Below are positions 59,916 through 64,000 of a DNA stretch of 64,000 bases, piece after piece. The translations under genes were made by a program, and so were the position numbers. The number at the start of each line of letters is the position of its first letter. Positions within the stretch are counted from its first letter, which is position 1. Origin of the DNA: a candidate division FCPU426 bacterium (GTDB lineage Bacteria > Oederibacteriota > PGYV01 > Palsa-1178); assembly GCA_963840035.1 (NCBI GenBank), contig CAWIXE010000002.1:256001-320000 (forward strand), written 5' to 3'. Under the pieces are notes generated by a model. The model was given only the letters and a program-made list of their open reading frames with translations. It was not told where the DNA came from and searched no databases.

Positions 59916-62213
59916 ATGAAAAAACTTTTGAAGTTGTTGCTGATGTTGGTTGTAATGCTTGCCATCGTCCTGCCGGCATTTGCCGAGGGCGAAGACATAG
60001 CGGCAAAGCACAGGGTAAAGTTGTGGACATTTGAATCAGGCACGACCGAAGGCTGGCACGGTGTGGCCAAGTGGGCCAGCATCTGCACGGTTAACAAAAA
60101 CCCGGAATATGTAACAGAAGGCAAGAATTCATTAAAGGTCGACCTTACTGGATCCAAGGACTGGAACCAGGAAGTCATGGTAAACAGCGGGCCGTTCGAC
60201 CCGAACGTGACAAAGTTAGTCGAACTTTCATTTGACTGCATAGTTCCTGAAGCGTCCGTAAAAGGGCTGGAATTCCAGGAAATATACATGGTCGTATCGA
60301 GCAAGTCAAATGCCTGGTACCAGTTAAAGAGCCCTCTGCTTGCGGGCACGAACAAGATTGTCTTTAAGATCGACAACGCCAAGATGAACGCTGATGTATG
60401 GAATATTTACCTGGTTACAAACAATACACAGCCGTTCAAAGGGCCGATTTACATAGACAACATGATCGGAAGGATCATGGGCACACCCGGAACCATTGAG
60501 GGAAAAATAACGGACAAAGATACGGGCTCGGCAGTCGCGGGCGCAAGGGTTGTTGTAGGCGATAAGCTTGTTGTAACAGACGCGTCCGGCGCATTCACCA
60601 TGACAGTGCCGGAGGATGTTTATAAACTCGTTGTAGTATCATTTGGATACAAGGATTATTCCACTGAAGTGACGGTCCTGGCAAATAAGACAAAGTCCAT
60701 GGGCTCGATCGCGACATTCAAGAAAAAAGACCCGACAAAGAAAGCCGTAACCATCAACATAGACCCGGCAAAGGTCATACGCACCATAGACCAGCATAAG
60801 ATGTACGGCCAGAACATAGCTGCCTGGCACAAGCCTGAAGGTTACAGGGACAATGTGGCCCTTGGAAAACTCCAGAAGATCGGCGCCACATTTTACAGGC
60901 TTCCCGGCGGCGATTACGGCAACCTATACGACTGGAAGACCGGAGATGTTTACAAATACGACGGCACAAAGAACTGGGTGCCGGAGCTTAACTATATGGG
61001 CGGCATGGCCCCGTTCTTAATCAGGATGAACACGCAGTTTTTCCCGGGACAGGTTGAGGCGCTTCCTATAATAAACATCCTCACACCCGCGGGCAAGACC
61101 ATAGCGCAGAGGCTTGATTACGGCGTTGAATGGCTCCAGGACATGAAGAATAAGGGCATAAAGTACCGTTACGTCGAAATAGGCAACGAGCTTGACAACA
61201 AACCGGACGTACCCGGCCCGAAAAAAGCAAAAGAAGGGCAGAAGTGGTATGACGCCCCCACGGACATGAAGAACAAGATGTGGTGGACGCAGGTTGCCAA
61301 CTACTCAAAAGTATTCAACCTGGCGGCTTACAAGATCAAGACATTTGACAGGTCGCTTAAGATCATGGGCCCGGTACCGATGCAGCCCATGAATAAGGAA
61401 AGAAAAGAAGGCGAACCATGGAAAGCGGAAGGAACGGAAGCGCCGTACTGGGTGGAAAAGTTCCTGAAACTCTCCGGCGATTATGTTGACACGCTGGCCA
61501 TTCACGAATATCCGTTTTGGGCCAATAACGACGCCAGGTTGCTTCTCACGAAACCGCAGACCACATGGCCGGTATACATGCCCAAATACAGGGCATGGAT
61601 AAAGAAGTATATTACGTCAAAGTACCCGAACAAATACGTGGAAGTAGCCCTTACGGAATGGAATTCCGGCGATGAAAATGTCATGACAGCCATGATAGAG
61701 AACGCGCTCTTTTGCGCGGATTATCTCGGCTCGTTCATGAAGGTCGGCGGAGACATGGCGTTTGTGTGGGACATATACACGCAGAAGCCGGGCACCGGCG
61801 GCGGACACGGGCTGCTTGACGAGGAAAATGACCCGACCAGCAAGTTCTCTGAGAGGTCGCATTACTGGGTATTTGACATGTACTATAACAGGTTCGGCAA
61901 AACCATGGTGGAATGCACATCCTCGAGCCCGGACCTGTCGGTATACGCGGCAAAGGTTGATGACGGCACAGTATCAATAATGGCCATCAATAAGACAAAG
62001 CTCGCCATATCGAGCGCCAAGATAAACATCAAAGGAACACCGGTATCAGGCTCAGGCAAGGCATGGCAGTTATCCGAAAAGGAATACGTATGGTCCAAGG
62101 AACTCTTCAGGCCGATAGTAAACTCCGGCCCGACAGAACTTAACGTAAACCTCGGAAACGGCACCTATGACTTCCCGCCGTATTCCGTAACGGTACTGCA
62201 GGTTAAAATATAA
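59916..62213 (+). CDS. Secreted modular glycoside hydrolase (CBM-like + CarboxypepD_reg-like + clan GH-A-type catalytic domain, GH44/51/79-like)
   Basis: Signal peptide; WTFESGTTEGW...IYIDN; RLPGG..GN.YDW, EIGNE (acid/base), IHEYP, LTEWN (nucleophile), PPYSVT. Confidence 0.85.
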   Translation: MKKLLKLLLMLVVMLAIVLPAFAEGEDIAAKHRVKLWTFESGTTEGWHGVAKWASICTVNKNPEYVTEGKNSLKVDLTGSKDWNQEVMVNSGPFDPNVTKLVELSFDCIVPEASVKGLEFQEIYMVVSSKSNAWYQLKSPLLAGTNKIVFKIDNAKMNADVWNIYLVTNNTQPFKGPIYIDNMIGRIMGTPGTIEGKITDKDTGSAVAGARVVVGDKLVVTDASGAFTMTVPEDVYKLVVVSFGYKDYSTEVTVLANKTKSMGSIATFKKKDPTKKAVTINIDPAKVIRTIDQHKMYGQNIAAWHKPEGYRDNVALGKLQKIGATFYRLPGGDYGNLYDWKTGDVYKYDGTKNWVPELNYMGGMAPFLIRMNTQFFPGQVEALPIINILTPAGKTIAQRLDYGVEWLQDMKNKGIKYRYVEIGNELDNKPDVPGPKKAKEGQKWYDAPTDMKNKMWWTQVANYSKVFNLAAYKIKTFDRSLKIMGPVPMQPMNKERKEGEPWKAEGTEAPYWVEKFLKLSGDYVDTLAIHEYPFWANNDARLLLTKPQTTWPVYMPKYRAWIKKYITSKYPNKYVEVALTEWNSGDENVMTAMIENALFCADYLGSFMKVGGDMAFVWDIYTQKPGTGGGHGLLDEENDPTSKFSERSHYWVFDMYYNRFGKTMVECTSSSPDLSVYAAKVDDGTVSIMAINKTKLAISSAKINIKGTPVSGSGKAWQLSEKEYVWSKELFRPIVNSGPTELNVNLGNGTYDFPPYSVTVLQVKI

Positions 62214-62247
62214 TTACCAAATAATAATTACAAATTACGAATGAAGC

Positions 62248-62276
62248 AAGGGCGGCTGGAAACAGCCGCCCTTTTT
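62248..62276 (+). terminator. Intrinsic terminator after the glycoside hydrolase gene
   Basis: AAGGGCGGCTG-GAAA-CAGCCGCCCTTTTT. Confidence 0.85.
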
Positions 62277-62321
62277 GTTTTGTTTTCAGCATTATCGTTC
62301 TTTTTGTAAAGATTTGTTCTC

Positions 62322-62390
62322 GTAGGGGCGAGCCGGTGGCTCGCCCGGGTTTAGAACTAAAGGCAGGGCGAGCCACCGGCTCGCCCCTAC
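62322..62390. repeat. Inverted GTAG REP doublet (REPIN-like)
   Basis: GTAGGGGCGAGCCGGTGGCTCGCCC ... GGGCGAGCCACCGGCTCGCCCCTAC. Confidence 0.85.
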
Positions 62391-62458
62391 GAAGGGCCTG
62401 TAAAACACACAGTAAATACGCAGTTAAAAATAAAAAGCTACGCGATTTTAATCACGCC

Positions 62459-62512
62459 TTGACTTTTTATATTTCCTGTGTGATACTCTATATGTATTAC
62501 AAATGCATTACA
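62459..62512 (+). promoter_or_regulatory. Toxin-antitoxin promoter with a tandem palindromic operator
   Basis: TTGACT-17-GATACT; TGTATTACA (62493) and TGCATTACA (62504), 11 bp apart. Confidence 0.6.
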
Positions 62513-62529
62513 TTTAGGAGGTTTTACCC

Positions 62530-62781
62530 ATGCGTTTCGCTAATATCAGGGAATTAAAGCTTGAGACCAATAAGGTCATGGAAGATGCCGTAAGTTATGG
62601 GTCTATTGTGGTTACTCAGAAGGGTAAGCCTATCGCTTTGATACGCCCCATTAACGAGAATGATATTTCCATCAAAGCAGGCGGGTTGTGGGGGCGGCTC
62701 CGGGATTCCGCTGAAAGGCAGGGGTTCGGGGTTGGGGATGTTGAGGGTGTAATTAAAAAGTCCAGGCATAAGAAGAAATGA
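62530..62781 (+). CDS. Phd/YefM-family antitoxin
   Basis: NIRELK..T..V.....IVVT.KGKPIA.I.P. Confidence 0.85.
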   Translation: MRFANIRELKLETNKVMEDAVSYGSIVVTQKGKPIALIRPINENDISIKAGGLWGRLRDSAERQGFGVGDVEGVIKKSRHKKK

Positions 62782-63194
62782 AAGTAAAACCTTTAGTTGT
62801 TATTGATACCAATGTCCTGATTTCCAGCCTTTGGGGCGGTAATCCGGGGAAGGTTATTGAGCTGTGGGATAAGAACAGGTTTACCGCGCTTATCAGCAGG
62901 GAAATACTGGACGAATACCTTGATGTCTTAAGCAGGTTTAAAGCCGCGGATGAGGATATAGAGCAGTTCATAATGCTTTTCATGAGCAGGGAAAAGGCCG
63001 CCATAGTTAAAACACATGCCAAATTATCAATAATAAAAAACGACCCGGCTGACAACAAATTCATCGAATGCGCGGTGTACGGGAAGGCGAATTATATAAT
63101 AAGCGGGGATAAGCATTTATTGGGGCTGGGGAAGTATAATAAGATTAAAATAATGACGCCTGCGGAGTTTTTGGCGGAAATTAAGGGTTTGTAG
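62778..63194 (+). CDS. PIN-domain (VapC-like) toxin
   Basis: VVIDTNV.IS, DPADNKFIECA, IISGDKHLL; ATGA overlap with the antitoxin. Confidence 0.9.
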   Translation: MKVKPLVVIDTNVLISSLWGGNPGKVIELWDKNRFTALISREILDEYLDVLSRFKAADEDIEQFIMLFMSREKAAIVKTHAKLSIIKNDPADNKFIECAVYGKANYIISGDKHLLGLGKYNKIKIMTPAEFLAEIKGL

Positions 63195-63277
63195 CGGGCG
63201 GATATCATCCGCCCGGCAAAGCTGGGGTTTGATTTCAGGCAAAACAAAACCGCAGGCGCATGATATGCGCCCGTTAC
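63191..63277. repeat. Degenerate GTAG REP doublet overlapping the toxin stop codon
   Basis: GTAGCGGGCGGATATCATCCGCCCG ... GGCGCATGATATGCGCCCGTTAC. Confidence 0.7.
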
Positions 63278-63399
63278 AAAAGGCTTACCGACATGATTGA
63301 AAATACCCGTTTTATCTGCTATATATAATGTAGATACCCTAAAACCATCATCCATCAACTGCCTTAAATAAGGGCTCTCATAACATCCGCGCTCTTATC

Positions 63400-64000
63400 A
63401 TGCCCGGAAGGGATTATTTGATGTTGAACATGGGACGGCTGCCCGGCATACATCCTCTGGAGAGGACGCTGGCAGGGATACAGAGCATAATGAAATCCAT
63501 GACCTTTGATACAAAAGAGAAGGAAATGGAGTTCAGGAATGAACTCATCAGCAAGGGAATACCTGAAACAGACAGGCCCATGACGCCCGCGGAGACAGCC
63601 CAGGAACTGATATATGAGGCAAACGAGCGGGAGGATGTGTGGGACAGGGTGCTTCTCGCTTATGAGGCGCTCAGCGTTTACCCGGATTGCGCCGACGCGC
63701 TAAACCTGCTTGCGCTGGAAAAATCAAAAAACAAGCAGGAGGAACTTGAGTTTTATTTGAAGGCTGAGGAAGCCGGGCTCAGGACGCTCGGCGGGGATTT
63801 TATCACGGAGCATAAAGGGGCGCTGTGGGAAGCCACAGAAGCGCGGCCCTATTTGCGGGCCATGGAAGGGACGGCTAACGCGCTTTGGCGCAACGGCAGG
63901 AAACATGAAGCCATGGCAAAGTGCAGGGAAATGCTGGAATTAAACGCGGCGGATAACCAGGGCATAAGGTATACCCTCATGAGTTTCCTTTCCGAGGAAA
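63400..64000 (+). CDS. TPR-like (ST7-like) helical protein, runs off the window end; start uncertain (63400/63421/63430)
   Basis: Open frame missing from the ORF track: AQELIYEA...PDCADA...RPYLRA...LELNAADNQGIRY. Confidence 0.75.
   Translation, partial: MPGRDYLMLNMGRLPGIHPLERTLAGIQSIMKSMTFDTKEKEMEFRNELISKGIPETDRPMTPAETAQELIYEANEREDVWDRVLLAYEALSVYPDCADALNLLALEKSKNKQEELEFYLKAEEAGLRTLGGDFITEHKGALWEATEARPYLRAMEGTANALWRNGRKHEAMAKCREMLELNAADNQGIRYTLMSFLSEE

Overview
A 64-kb window of bacterial chromosome, mostly on the + strand. An LptE-like lipoprotein and beta-strand-ended exported proteins suggest a diderm organism, but the phylum cannot be established from this window. Gene content, in order: (1) a GGQ ribosome-rescue factor, a two-component pair, a lipoprotein serpin and a lipoprotein; (2) two complete tandem paralogous operons for energy-converting-hydrogenase-related (Ehr, Hyf-like) membrane complexes, whose large subunits lack the [NiFe]-binding cysteines and which each begin with an HTH-PTS EIIA(Ntr-like) fusion gene; (3) a housekeeping tract (aspS, ybeY, CNNM/CorC, leuS-lptE-holA, rpsT, argS, truA-polA-coaE) interleaved with exported and Gly-zipper proteins, a 1270-aa Thr/Pro-linker surface protein and a c-di-GMP cluster (three GGDEF, one HD-GYP, one HDOD); (4) an ECF sigma / carbohydrate-binding anti-sigma / glycoside hydrolase module with two matching GCAACC-N15-CGTTA promoters; (5) a Phd-PIN toxin-antitoxin pair. 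Intergenic DNA is unusually rich in repeats: heptamer-periodic inverted repeats at many gene junctions (one arm lies in frame inside leuS), a GGCTCAAG inverted-array element, GTAG REP-like palindromes, and a ~78-bp upstream repeat. That repeat and the GGCTCAAG element together bracket two unrelated genes like a cassette. Several single-base indels, three of them in leuS, point to consensus-sequence errors. No rRNA, tRNA, CRISPR array, transposase or integrase was recognised. All assignments come from reading motifs by eye; no searches were run.
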